Below are positions 39,519 to 49,397 of a DNA stretch of 64,000 nt, piece after piece. Origin of the DNA: Spirochaetia bacterium (GTDB lineage Bacteria; Spirochaetota; Spirochaetia; DSM-2461); NCBI GenBank assembly GCA_963666985.2, contig CAXXIA010000002.1, positions 736,001 to 800,000 on the forward strand, in the 5' to 3' direction. Within the stretch, counting starts at the first letter, position 1. Each line of letters begins with the position of its first letter. The position numbers were made by a program, and so were the translations under genes. The notes under the pieces were generated by a model. The model saw only the letters and a program-made list of their open reading frames with translations, was not told where the DNA came from and searched no databases.

Positions 39519-40091
39519 ATGCCCAAAGCTCTGCTTATAAATTCCAGTCCTCGAAAAAACGGAAATACCGCGGCCATGCTGTCTGAGATTTCCGCCGTCT
39601 TGAAATCTTCCGATATTGATGTTGAGACTCTGCATATCGGAGGGAAACCCGTTCTGGGGTGCAGGGCCTGCGGCAAATGCGGGGAGAACAAGAATCTCCG
39701 CTGCGCCATCGACGATTCGTTATCCGATTCGATCGCAAAAGCGTTAACGGCCGATGCATTAATTGTCGGTACGCCCACTTACTTCTCCGATTTAACTCCG
39801 GAGGCCAAGGCTTTTATCGACAGGTGTGGATTTGCCGCCCGTTCCAATGATTTCGCTCTGGAGAAAAAAATCGGCGCGGCCGCGGTAGCCGTCCGACGAG
39901 CCGGTGCTGTCCATGCGATGGATTCCATCAACCATTTTTTTCTTATTAATAAAATGTTCGTAGCCGGTTCTTCGTATTGGAACCTCAGCATTGCACGCGA
40001 TATCGGTGACTATGCGAAAGACGAAGAAGGCGTGCAGACCATGAAAGATCTGGGCTCACTTATCGCCTGGTTCCTTAAAAAAACCGCCTGA
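39519..40091 (+). CDS. Iron-sulfur flavoprotein / NADPH-dependent FMN reductase family protein
   Basis: SPRKNGNT, CRACGKC...C, TPTY, RRAG, GSSYW. Confidence 0.9.
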   Translation: MPKALLINSSPRKNGNTAAMLSEISAVLKSSDIDVETLHIGGKPVLGCRACGKCGENKNLRCAIDDSLSDSIAKALTADALIVGTPTYFSDLTPEAKAFIDRCGFAARSNDFALEKKIGAAAVAVRRAGAVHAMDSINHFFLINKMFVAGSSYWNLSIARDIGDYAKDEEGVQTMKDLGSLIAWFLKKTA

Positions 40092-40288
40092 ATAACGGTT
40101 GCTTCAACAGTGCCTCAATCTTGAACTTATGAATCTCATAGCCGCCGGTCCGATATCGAAAAAAGCGAACTGCGGGATTTTCGCTCCCATAGACCGCGGC
40201 GCAGATAATTTTTCTCTTTGAGATAATGCCGATTCCGGCGGCTGTAATACCGGTAACACTCAGGAAGTTCCGCGGTGTTTCATATTCC

Positions 40289-40450
40289 ATGAAGCACTTC
40301 TTATCTCAGGCGGTTGTACCGCTGCTTGCCCTTATCGTGTTTCTCCTGTCGGCCGCACTGATTCAAGCGGAGGAACAATCGCCGTCCGAATCCGTTACCG
40401 CCTCCGAAAGTCACTCTCAAAAAGTACCGGCATCCATGGAGACCTGGTGA
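40289..40450 (+). CDS. Possible small exported peptide (53 aa)
   Basis: Signal-peptide-like hydrophobic N-terminus then Ser/Glu-rich tail; weak RBS. Confidence 0.3.
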   Translation: MKHFLSQAVVPLLALIVFLLSAALIQAEEQSPSESVTASESHSQKVPASMETW

Positions 40451-40510
40451 TATAAATCGGCCGAACGCCCGATTAGGCCGATCTCGAAGATTCCGGTAAC
40501 GGCGGATTCT

Positions 40511-41296
40511 TTACGCGATATGCATGCCCCCGTCTATGGAAAGGGCCTGTCCCGTAATAAATCCCGACGCATCGGAACAAAGCCACACAACCGACCGTGC
40601 CACATCCTCGACGGTCCCCATTCTTCCCATGGGAATAACATGTTCGGTTAACAGACTCTCTTCTTCCGGATTGGTGGAAAGGGTGTTGGACATTAAATTG
40701 GTGCCGGTTGTCGGTCCGGGGCAGATAACATTCACCCGTATTCCGTTTCTCGCGTTTTCAATAGCAGCCGTTCGGGTAATCGCGATAACGCCGGCCTTAC
40801 TGGGACCATAAGCACCGAAATTCGGAGCCATTTTCAATCCGCCGATGGAAGCGGTATTCACGATGGCCCCTTTTCCCTGTTTCTTCATCTGCTTCAATTC
40901 ATGCTTTAAGCAGAAAAAAACACCTTTAAGATTCGTATCAACGATTCTGTCCCAGGTTTCTTCGGTAACCTCTTCAAGAGGCAGATAGGGGATTCTAACC
41001 CCGTCGGGACCGATTCCCGCATTATTAAAGGCGAAGTCGACGCTCCCAAACAGATCCACCGTCTTTTCCATAAGATTCTTTACATCTTCTTCCAATCCGA
41101 CATTGCATTGGATAAAAACCGCTTCACCTCCGGCTTCTTTTACCAAACGAACGGTTTCTTCACCGCCTTGTATGTTGTTTGCCGTTGAGACAACGACTTT
41201 GGCACCGAGTTTCCCGAACTCCAGGGCGGCCGCCCGGCCCATGCCGGAAGCTCCGCCCGTAATAATAACCGTTTTACCCTGAATATCAGTAAACAT
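40511..41296 (-). CDS. Short-chain dehydrogenase/reductase
   Basis: TGGASGMG, NNAG, YGPSK. Confidence 0.92.
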   Translation of the reverse strand: MFTDIQGKTVIITGGASGMGRAAALEFGKLGAKVVVSTANNIQGGEETVRLVKEAGGEAVFIQCNVGLEEDVKNLMEKTVDLFGSVDFAFNNAGIGPDGVRIPYLPLEEVTEETWDRIVDTNLKGVFFCLKHELKQMKKQGKGAIVNTASIGGLKMAPNFGAYGPSKAGVIAITRTAAIENARNGIRVNVICPGPTTGTNLMSNTLSTNPEEESLLTEHVIPMGRMGTVEDVARSVVWLCSDASGFITGQALSIDGGMHIA

Positions 41297-41348
41297 ACTT
41301 TCTCCTTTGTTCAATAATCTTTCGCGGCATCCTTATTCCCGCGGCCTG

Positions 41349-43304
41349 TTAAATCCGCATGGCCGCATGATAGCCTTCCTGGTTGGCGTGATAAAACGTT
41401 CTTCCCTTGGCAACGCAGTCTCCGATCAGATGGACATCCGGTCCGTATTGGGAAAGAAGTTTTTTCCCCAATGTATTTTCAGGAACAACGCCCAGGGCGA
41501 TAACACAGGTATCGGCCTCCATAAGAATCCGATTTCCTTCTTTATCCTCGGTTTCGGCCCCGCTGTCGGTAAAAGACAGAATCTTCCTCTCACCAATAAG
41601 TTTGACGCCGAATTGATCCAAATGGTCAAATAGATCAGCTTTATTGAAAATCGGCATTTCCTTACAGAAAGCCCCGGCGGGAATCATGTCGATAACCGTA
41701 ACTTCCTTTCCTTCCATGCCCAGCGTTAAAGCGCATTCCAGACCGGTTAACCCGCCTCCGCAGACCAGAACGGTCTTTCCAACCTCAACACTCCGTGACT
41801 CAACATCCCGGACCGTTTTCACGATTTGGTTGCCGATACCGGGAATCGGAGGATGAAGATATTTCGATCCGGTGGCCACGATAACGGCATCCGGATTCTC
41901 TTTTGCTATGATCTCGGGCGTAACTTCGTTATTCAGCCTGATATCGGCACCGCAGCTCATGGTCGTCCGGATATCCCATTCCAGATAATTTCTCAAATAC
42001 TCCTTGAACGGTGCCGCGGTTGCATCCTTCAGGAGTCCTCCCAGAGAATCGCCTTTTTCAAAAAGCGTTACGCTGTGTCCTCTTTGCATCAGGGTTTGAG
42101 CGGCCATCATTCCGCCGGGGCCGCCGCCGATAACGACGACTTTCTTTCTCATTTTCTCTTCAGCAGCTTCAATATTCCCGGGAATCCCCATCCTCGGATT
42201 GACGGCGCAGTGCATCGAAGTTCCGTACATGTTGGCATTTCCGCACCAGTCGCAGCGGGTACAGGGCCGGATTTCATCCACTTTATCTTCCAGGGATTTA
42301 TGAATCAAATCCCCGTCCGCCATGTAGGATTTCGCCATGGCCACGATATCCGCTTTGCCCGAGGCGATAATGTCTTCGGCCTCGGCCAGAGACGTAATAT
42401 TCCCAACCACGGCCACCGGAATCCGCAGTCTCTTTTTCGCCTCCGCGGCAAAAGCGACATTCAATCGGCGTCCTTTGAAATACGTGGGAATAGTGTAAGT
42501 AGCTCCCATTGTGAAAATATTTCCCCGGGAAACATGGATAATATCCACATACTCTTGAGCTTCCGCCATGAAATCCAGAGACTCCTCCAGCTCCAGTCCT
42601 CCCGGAGTATCTTCCTGAGCGGAAACACGGGCCTCAATCACCATTCCCTCGCCGACGGCATCCCGTACGGCTTTCAGAACCTCAAGGGGCCAGCGGCGCC
42701 GATTTTCGGGGCTGCCGCCGTATTCATCTGTTCTGGCATTGCTGTGGGGCGAAAGAAACTGGGCGATTAAATTGTTATGGGCGCAATGAAGCATAACCAT
42801 CCGGAAACCCGCTTTCTTGCACCGGAGGGCGCAATCCGCATAACGTCCTTTCATATATTCCAAATCGTCCCGATCCATCTCTTTCAGATTGGTTTCATCG
42901 GGATTCAGAGGACGAGAGGCCGAAACAACCGGAATCGGAGGACCGCCGGGATATTGGCGCGATCCCCGGCCGGCATGGGCCAGTTCAACCGAGATTTCCG
43001 CTCCGTTATACCGTGCCGCTTCTACCAGCTGATTCATTCCGTGAATGTTTTCATCGGAATTCACGTTCATCTCGCACAGCCATGCCGAATCGTTCTCATG
43101 TGTTACGGGCGTATCTCCTATGGTGACATAGGCAACTCCGGATTGTGCCTGCCACTCCATGAAATCAAGCATTTCCTGAGTCATATCGCCATTCGGCGCG
43201 CATTTTAAAACAACGGTCGGGGCATACTGGAGTCTGTTTTTCAGTGTAAGACCTCGGATGGTCAGCGGTTCAAACACATGGGGAAAACGGTTAATTCCCT
43301 TCAT
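41349..43304 (-). CDS. Old-yellow-enzyme / NADH:flavin oxidoreductase with Fe-S and FAD domains (BaiCD/FadH architecture)
   Basis: HAGR, RTDEYGGS.ENR, CTRCDWC..C, GGGPGG, ATGS. Confidence 0.9.
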   Translation of the reverse strand: MKGINRFPHVFEPLTIRGLTLKNRLQYAPTVVLKCAPNGDMTQEMLDFMEWQAQSGVAYVTIGDTPVTHENDSAWLCEMNVNSDENIHGMNQLVEAARYNGAEISVELAHAGRGSRQYPGGPPIPVVSASRPLNPDETNLKEMDRDDLEYMKGRYADCALRCKKAGFRMVMLHCAHNNLIAQFLSPHSNARTDEYGGSPENRRRWPLEVLKAVRDAVGEGMVIEARVSAQEDTPGGLELEESLDFMAEAQEYVDIIHVSRGNIFTMGATYTIPTYFKGRRLNVAFAAEAKKRLRIPVAVVGNITSLAEAEDIIASGKADIVAMAKSYMADGDLIHKSLEDKVDEIRPCTRCDWCGNANMYGTSMHCAVNPRMGIPGNIEAAEEKMRKKVVVIGGGPGGMMAAQTLMQRGHSVTLFEKGDSLGGLLKDATAAPFKEYLRNYLEWDIRTTMSCGADIRLNNEVTPEIIAKENPDAVIVATGSKYLHPPIPGIGNQIVKTVRDVESRSVEVGKTVLVCGGGLTGLECALTLGMEGKEVTVIDMIPAGAFCKEMPIFNKADLFDHLDQFGVKLIGERKILSFTDSGAETEDKEGNRILMEADTCVIALGVVPENTLGKKLLSQYGPDVHLIGDCVAKGRTFYHANQEGYHAAMRI

Positions 43305-43455
43305 CTTTCCTCTTTTACGAGAGAGGTATTCAAACGAATAACAAACGCGATAAAAATAGAATTTATTCTATATAATATTGAATTAAGAGATATTAAGAAA
43401 GACTCGAGCCAATGCCGAAGCATCGGCTGAATCGTAATTTTCTCTTAGAATAAGC

Positions 43456-45210
43456 TCAAACTTCAACGGAAACGTATTCAAACCGGCTTACGTCGAAAAG
43501 TCCCTTAGCCGTCAGCTTCAGCTTCGGGATAACGGGCAGCGCCAGGAAACTCACGGACATGAAGGGATCCATCTCGGAACGAACATGCAGCCGCTCATGA
43601 GCGATGGCGATGAGATTTTCAAGAAGAGCGGCGGTTTTCTCTCCGTCCTCGTCGGTCATCAGTCCGCCCAGGGGCAGAGGGAGAGTCCCCAAAGATTCCC
43701 CACCGGCGGCGGCCAGAGAAATCCCGCCCCCCTCGGCAATCAGATTCCGAAGGACGGCCAAAATGGCCTCATCGTCATCGCCGACGGCGATCAGATTATG
43801 GGAATCGTGAGCAATGCTGCTCGCCACGGCACCGCCCTGAAGGCCGTAACCTTTGACAATCCCCAAACCGATCCGGCCGGTACCTTGATGCCGCTCAACC
43901 ACGACAAGCTTCAATAAATCATTGAAAATCCCCGGAATAAACTTACCGTTCCCGCCTATCGGCACGTCCGTAATCAGCTCTCCGGTAACAAGGCTGCCGC
44001 TCTCCATCGTGATAACCCTGGCACGGCCGGAACTCATCATCAAATCCAAATCTTCTTTGCTCAGCGGAGCCGGCCGAACCGTATCGCGAACGGCGGTATC
44101 GTCACTCAGGAGGGGCGCCCGGAGAAGCCGGCCGCCCTCGGCCACGAGAACCCCTTCGTGGTAAACCGACCCCACCCGGAAATCTTCCAGTTCTCCGTCA
44201 AGGACAACCAAATCCGCGCGGCGTCCCGGTGCAAGGGCGCCCCGATCGTCCAAACCATAGGCCTCGGCGGCATTCAGGGTGGCCAGACGCACCGCTTCAA
44301 CGGCATCCAGTCCCAGTCTTACGGCCTTCCGAATGTTGAAGTCGATATGCCCTTCCTTAAGAATATCGCCTCCCAGTTTATCGTCGGTACAGAAGGCGCA
44401 CCGCCGGGCGAAAGCCGGTTCAACGCCTTTGATAAGAGCCGCCAAATCCCTGGCGGCCGTTCCTTCCCTAATCAGAATCCGCATTCCAAGCCGAAGACGT
44501 TCCCGCATTTCCTCAAGAGTGCCGCACTCATGATCCGTCGTAATTCCCGATATCGCGTAGGCCGCCAGATCGGACCCGGTCATGCCGGGACTGTGACCGT
44601 CCAATTTCTTGGCGGAACGCCGAGCCATGGCGATTTTATCGACGATGCCGTTATCGGCGGCGGCAACGGCGGGGTAGTCCATAACCTCTCCCAGGCCGAG
44701 CACTCTCGGATGGCCGATCAGCTCCGATAGATCCGAGGCTTCAAGCACGGCGCCTGAATCCTCCTGAGGCATGGCGGGTACGCAGGAAGGAAGCATGACA
44801 AAAACGGACTGGGGAACGTTTTCCGAGGCGGCCAGCAGCCAGCGGATGCCGTCCATGCCGCGGACATTGGCGATTTCATGCGGATCGGCAATCACGGTGG
44901 TGGTTCCTTTGGGAACCGTCAGTCCCGCGAAACCGACGGGACCGTGCAGAGAACTTTCTATATGGACATGAGCGTCGATAAGTCCGGGTACAACGATCCG
45001 GCCTCCAAGATCCGTTTCTTTACGGCCTTGGTAAGTCCCGGGCTTCCCTACGGCGATGATGCGCCCGCCCTGAATCGCCATATCGCCGGTTATCATCTCA
45101 CCGGTAAACACATCGAGGAAGCGTCCGTTGCACAAAACTCCGTCGGCCGGAACTCTGCCGGATGCCGCTTCAATATCGGCCTTGATGTCGGTTTTCATGT
45201 CGCCCGTCAT
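43456..45210 (-). CDS. ade: Adenine deaminase
   Basis: HVHIESS, DPHEIANV, GLGEVMD, DHE, CTDD, AHDSHN, LALPVIP. Confidence 0.93.
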   Translation of the reverse strand: MTGDMKTDIKADIEAASGRVPADGVLCNGRFLDVFTGEMITGDMAIQGGRIIAVGKPGTYQGRKETDLGGRIVVPGLIDAHVHIESSLHGPVGFAGLTVPKGTTTVIADPHEIANVRGMDGIRWLLAASENVPQSVFVMLPSCVPAMPQEDSGAVLEASDLSELIGHPRVLGLGEVMDYPAVAAADNGIVDKIAMARRSAKKLDGHSPGMTGSDLAAYAISGITTDHECGTLEEMRERLRLGMRILIREGTAARDLAALIKGVEPAFARRCAFCTDDKLGGDILKEGHIDFNIRKAVRLGLDAVEAVRLATLNAAEAYGLDDRGALAPGRRADLVVLDGELEDFRVGSVYHEGVLVAEGGRLLRAPLLSDDTAVRDTVRPAPLSKEDLDLMMSSGRARVITMESGSLVTGELITDVPIGGNGKFIPGIFNDLLKLVVVERHQGTGRIGLGIVKGYGLQGGAVASSIAHDSHNLIAVGDDDEAILAVLRNLIAEGGGISLAAAGGESLGTLPLPLGGLMTDEDGEKTAALLENLIAIAHERLHVRSEMDPFMSVSFLALPVIPKLKLTAKGLFDVSRFEYVSVEV

Positions 45211-45361
45211 ACGTACCTCCAGCACCGCACACTGCAGATTATTAACGGTCAGTATAGCACAAATAGGAAAACCTAATGGACCTTTCCAACAGAGGAAAAC
45301 ACAGAAACGGACCTAGCCCGTAAAATCGACGGGAGAATACGAACGGAAATGAATGGAGTTT

Positions 45362-45958
45362 CTACTTCTCCGCAGCCAATCCTTTCAAAAAAGACTCGAT
45401 AACCGATATGGTTTGCTGAGGATCGGCGGACGTAAAAATCGCAACCTTGAAAAGAAAAGCCTGGATCAAATCCAGAATCTGCATCGCCGTGGCTTCAATC
45501 GGAATGGAACGGATTTCACCCGAACGAACCCCCTCGCGAAGCATGCGCCTCAGCAGAAGATCCAGTTTCACCGTTCGGCGCCGTATTATAATGGGAAAAT
45601 CCCGATCGTCCCGCCGCTTTTGAAAAATATAATCTCCCAGACTTGTGATGAAATCACGGTTATGCCAGCTTTTAAAAATGATATCCGCCACGATGCGGCG
45701 AATTTGAGGCAGCACCGGCCCCTCAACCGCGGCATTTTCCCTGTATCCGGAAAACATTTCGTCGGTATAGTATTTCACCGCGTAGTTGAAGATTTCTTCT
45801 TTATCCCGGAAATACAAATAAAGCGTCGGCCGGGATATTTCACAGGCTTCGGCGAGCTGAGAAAGACTCGTATTTTGATATCCGTCCCTGGCAAAAAGCT
45901 TAAACGCTTGCCGAAGGATGGCAATTTTCCGCTGTGTATGATCGATAATCTTCGGCAT
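45362..45958 (-). CDS. TetR/AcrR-family transcriptional regulator
   Basis: MPKIIDH...SRPTLYLYFRDKEEI HTH. Confidence 0.9.
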   Translation of the reverse strand: MPKIIDHTQRKIAILRQAFKLFARDGYQNTSLSQLAEACEISRPTLYLYFRDKEEIFNYAVKYYTDEMFSGYRENAAVEGPVLPQIRRIVADIIFKSWHNRDFITSLGDYIFQKRRDDRDFPIIIRRRTVKLDLLLRRMLREGVRSGEIRSIPIEATAMQILDLIQAFLFKVAIFTSADPQQTISVIESFLKGLAAEK

Positions 45959-46130
45959 ATCAATCCCAGTATATCCTTATTCGGCATAAAACTGCGACCG
46001 ATTTTTCTCTCAAGGCCTAAAAGAGAACAAAAGAACACCGATATCTCGGTTTTTCAAAACTCTTGAAAAACCATACGGTTCGCGGACAGAAGGCTCTTTT
46101 CGGACCGGCGCCTGTCCGTACGGGAGGGCC

Positions 46131-47303
46131 CTACCCCCGAGGGTCCACCTCGGCGGCATAATCAATTCCGTTCCAATCGAAACCGTGCAGCTTCAAGAAA
46201 TCGGAACGAAAGCCGGCGATATCCGTTAAGTTCTCCAGATTCTCGGTGGTAACATCCTTCCATTTGACGCTTACCGCACTCTGAACATCATCGCGCATTT
46301 CCCAGTCATCCATTCGCACCAGGCCGCTCTCGTCCCGAACGGTTCCCTCATTACCGTAGATTTTCTCGGCGAGCATTCGATACATCTGTTCAATGCAGCC
46401 TTCATGAAGATGTTTTTCCTTCATAACCTTGAACAGCAGGGAAATATAGAGCGGCACAACGGGGATAACCGAACTGGCCCTGGTAACCACGGCCTTGTTC
46501 ACCGAGACAAAGGCTTCGCCGCCGATACCCTGCAGAGCCGAATTGAGCTCTCCGGCGGTTTTCTCCAAATGTTCTTTCGCGGCACCGATGGTTCCGGCCC
46601 TATAGACGGCATGGGTAACCTCCGGACCGATGTAGGAATAGGCCATGGTTTTGGCCCCTTCGGCCAAAACACCGGCATCCAGAAGAGCTTGAATCCAAAG
46701 CCTCCAGTCTTCACCGCCCATAACCCGGACGGTATTCGCCGCTTCATCACCTTCAGCGGGGGCGACGCTCGCCTCCCCGACGGTTCCTTTCACGAAATCG
46801 ACGGACTTGGCCGTGTACGTTGTTCCCAAGGGTTTAAGAACCGATTTGTACTGTACTCCGGTATCCGGATCGATCCGGACGGGAGAGGCGATGGAATAAA
46901 CCACCAGATCCGCTTGACCGAAAAGATCCTTGATTCTGCTTATCACGGCGTTTCGGGTTTCATGGGAGAAGGCATCCGCATTCAGACTCTCCGCGGTCAA
47001 ACCGGCGGCCCGGGCGGCCTGGTCGAAATACTTATTGTTATACCATCCCGGACTGGCGGGTTTGCGATCCGTAGGCTCCCGTTCGAAAGACACGTTCAGC
47101 GTACCGGCACCGGCTCCGAACGCCGCGGCGATGCGGGTAGCCAGACCGTAGCCGGTGGATCCTCCGATAACCAGAACGCGTTTCGGCATGTTGATGGGCG
47201 GCTTTCCCTTAATGAAGGCAATCTGCTCTTCGAGTGACTTTTTCAAACCGTCGGGATGAGCGGTTAAACAAACCCCGCCGATGATTTTAGGTTCCAGTAC
47301 CAT
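46131..47303 (-). CDS. fabV: Enoyl-ACP / trans-2-enoyl-CoA reductase
   Basis: AHPDG, GGSTGYGLA, VMGGEDW, YSYIG, GTIGAAK, HEGCIEQ, DDWE. Confidence 0.93.
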   Translation of the reverse strand: MVLEPKIIGGVCLTAHPDGLKKSLEEQIAFIKGKPPINMPKRVLVIGGSTGYGLATRIAAAFGAGAGTLNVSFEREPTDRKPASPGWYNNKYFDQAARAAGLTAESLNADAFSHETRNAVISRIKDLFGQADLVVYSIASPVRIDPDTGVQYKSVLKPLGTTYTAKSVDFVKGTVGEASVAPAEGDEAANTVRVMGGEDWRLWIQALLDAGVLAEGAKTMAYSYIGPEVTHAVYRAGTIGAAKEHLEKTAGELNSALQGIGGEAFVSVNKAVVTRASSVIPVVPLYISLLFKVMKEKHLHEGCIEQMYRMLAEKIYGNEGTVRDESGLVRMDDWEMRDDVQSAVSVKWKDVTTENLENLTDIAGFRSDFLKLHGFDWNGIDYAAEVDPRG

Positions 47304-47461
47304 TATTGATGCCTCCATGCTGCTCGGCCGTGCTTTGCGTGCTTGCTTCGCATCGGCTTGGGATTTTCATATTTCGATTATTCTTTCCGATCTTCCGGTT
47401 CGCCGTCAAATACCGGCAAAACAAACCGGGAATCATTCACAGGCGTCTTTCCGGCAGGCTT

Positions 47462-47878
47462 CTAGGCATCGCCGAGAAGACAAAGCCAGGAGGCCTCGGC
47501 GGCCACTTGGTCGCCCACATAAGCCTTGCCCGACTGACGGATTCCGCGGGTGGAAACCTGAACATTCTCAATTTCGAACCGGACTTCATCACCCGGTACC
47601 ACCTGTTTGCGGAATTTGACTTTATCCACGGTGGCCAAAAAAAAGAGTTTCGCTTCCACAAGCCCCGCCTGCATGGCACCGGCACCGCCGCATTGAGCCA
47701 TGGACTCCACCAGAATAACTCCCGGAACCACGGGATATTGAGGAAAATGACCTTTAAAAAAGAAATCCTCTTCCGTAAATTTGCGCTTCCCTACAATTTT
47801 CTCTTTACCGGCTTCAATGAGTTCATCGACAAAGAGGAACGGCTTCCGATGCGGAAGAAGGTCCGTTATTTCTTTCAT
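47462..47878 (-). CDS. fabZ: 3-hydroxyacyl-ACP dehydratase
   Basis: LPHRKPFLFVD, FKGHFP, PGVILVESMAQ. Confidence 0.95.
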   Translation of the reverse strand: MKEITDLLPHRKPFLFVDELIEAGKEKIVGKRKFTEEDFFFKGHFPQYPVVPGVILVESMAQCGGAGAMQAGLVEAKLFFLATVDKVKFRKQVVPGDEVRFEIENVQVSTRGIRQSGKAYVGDQVAAEASWLCLLGDA

Positions 47879-47895
47879 TTTTATTCTCCTTTATA

Positions 47896-48060
47896 CAGCT
47901 GTTTCGCGAAGCGAAATAGCGAGCCAAGTAGCTGAATCGCGAAGCGATTTAGCGAACCCAGCAGCTGTTTCGCAAAGCGATTTAGCGAGCCCAGCAGTTG
48001 TTTCGCAAAGCGAAATAACGAGCCAAACAGCTGAATCGCAAAGCGATTTAGCGAGCTCAT
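47896..48060 (+). repeat. Tandem array of five 33-bp hairpin units (REP-like)
   Basis: Units start at 47896, 47929, 47962, 47995 and 48028; consensus cAGCTGwwTCGC-RAA-GCGAwwTAGCGAGCC. Confidence 0.92.
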
Positions 48061-48138
48061 TTTCAAGGCCGCTCCGAAAAAATCGGTCGGGAGCGGCACT
48101 TCACGGCCCGGCATTTCGCGGCCTCAGATTCTTGCGAA

Positions 48139-49383
48139 TCAGTCTTCGTACTTTCGGAACACCAATGCTCCGTTATGACCGCCGAATCCCAGATTATCCG
48201 ACAGAACCGTCCTTAATTCCGCCTTGCGGCCGACATGGGGCACATAGTCCAAATCGCACTGCTCATCAGGCTCGTCCAGATTAATTGTAGGCGGAATGAA
48301 TCCGTCGCGCATGGCCAGAATCGACACGATGGCTTCCATACCTCCGGCGCCCCCGACCATATGACCCGTCATGGATTTCGTGGACGAGATGGGAACTTTG
48401 TAAGCATGATCCCCGAAAGCATTTTTAATCGCAAGAGTTTCCAAGGGATCGTTTGTCGGCGTGGAGGTACCGTGTGCGTTGATGTAATCAATGTCGGTCG
48501 GCTGTACTCCCGCATCTTCCAAAGCCAGCTTAAAACAGCGTTCCAATCCCTTGCCCTCCGCGTCGGGACTCGTCAGATGGAAAGCGTCGCAGGTCATGCC
48601 GTAGCCAAGCACTTCTCCGTAGATTTTCGCACCTCGGTCCAGAGCATGCTGAAGTTCCTCAAGGATGAGGATGCCGGCGCCTTCGCTCATGATGAATCCG
48701 TCCCGATCTTTGTCAAAGGGTCGACTCGCGGCCTGCGGGTTGTCATTTCTGGAAGAAAGAGCCGTCAGCTTGATAAAACCGGCGATGCCGAACGGAGTGA
48801 TGGCCGCTTCCATCCCCCCGGAAATCACGATGTCGGTCCGGCCGTATCGAATGGACTCCAGAGCCGCTCCCATGGCGTCGGTAGCCGACGAACAGGCGGT
48901 TACCATGGCGTAGCACGGTCCGTGGGCGCCGAACTTTATCGCGATATTCGCCGGGCCCTCGTTATTGATAAGCTTGGGTACGGTCATGGGAGGTACGCCG
49001 CGGGGTCCTTTTTCATAAAGAAGGCGGATTCCCTCCTCGGTGACTTCATAGCCGCCGATACCGTTGCCGAGAATCACACCGGTGCGCTCGGGATTATACC
49101 CTCCCTCATCCAAACCGGCGTCTTTCATGGCCTCAATGGCGGCGACCATGCCCAATTGAGTAAATCGGGCGAGCTTCCTAGCCTCTTTCCGATCCATCCA
49201 ATTCGAAGGATCGAAGTTCTTCACCTCACCGGCGATTTTTACGGAATAATCTTCCGTATCGAATAACGTAATCCGGTCGATACCGCTTTTCCCCGCTTTC
49301 ACGGCGTTCCAGGTATCGGCGATATTGTCGGCCAAGGGATTGATGGTTCCCATGCCGGTAACGACGACGCGTCTGCGCTCCAT
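48139..49383 (-). CDS. fabF: Beta-ketoacyl-ACP synthase II
   Basis: TACSS, NAHGTST, KSMTGH, GFGGHN. Confidence 0.95.
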   Translation of the reverse strand: MERRRVVVTGMGTINPLADNIADTWNAVKAGKSGIDRITLFDTEDYSVKIAGEVKNFDPSNWMDRKEARKLARFTQLGMVAAIEAMKDAGLDEGGYNPERTGVILGNGIGGYEVTEEGIRLLYEKGPRGVPPMTVPKLINNEGPANIAIKFGAHGPCYAMVTACSSATDAMGAALESIRYGRTDIVISGGMEAAITPFGIAGFIKLTALSSRNDNPQAASRPFDKDRDGFIMSEGAGILILEELQHALDRGAKIYGEVLGYGMTCDAFHLTSPDAEGKGLERCFKLALEDAGVQPTDIDYINAHGTSTPTNDPLETLAIKNAFGDHAYKVPISSTKSMTGHMVGGAGGMEAIVSILAMRDGFIPPTINLDEPDEQCDLDYVPHVGRKAELRTVLSDNLGFGGHNGALVFRKYED

Positions 49384-49397
49384 AGAATCGATCTCCC

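Noticed and set aside
47896..48060. CRISPR array, or the 11-aa-repeat ORFs overlapping it (47781-48284 +, 47881-48114 -)
   Set aside because: Units are contiguous with no unique spacers and no cas genes are present; the repeat ORFs are a by-product of a 33-bp period
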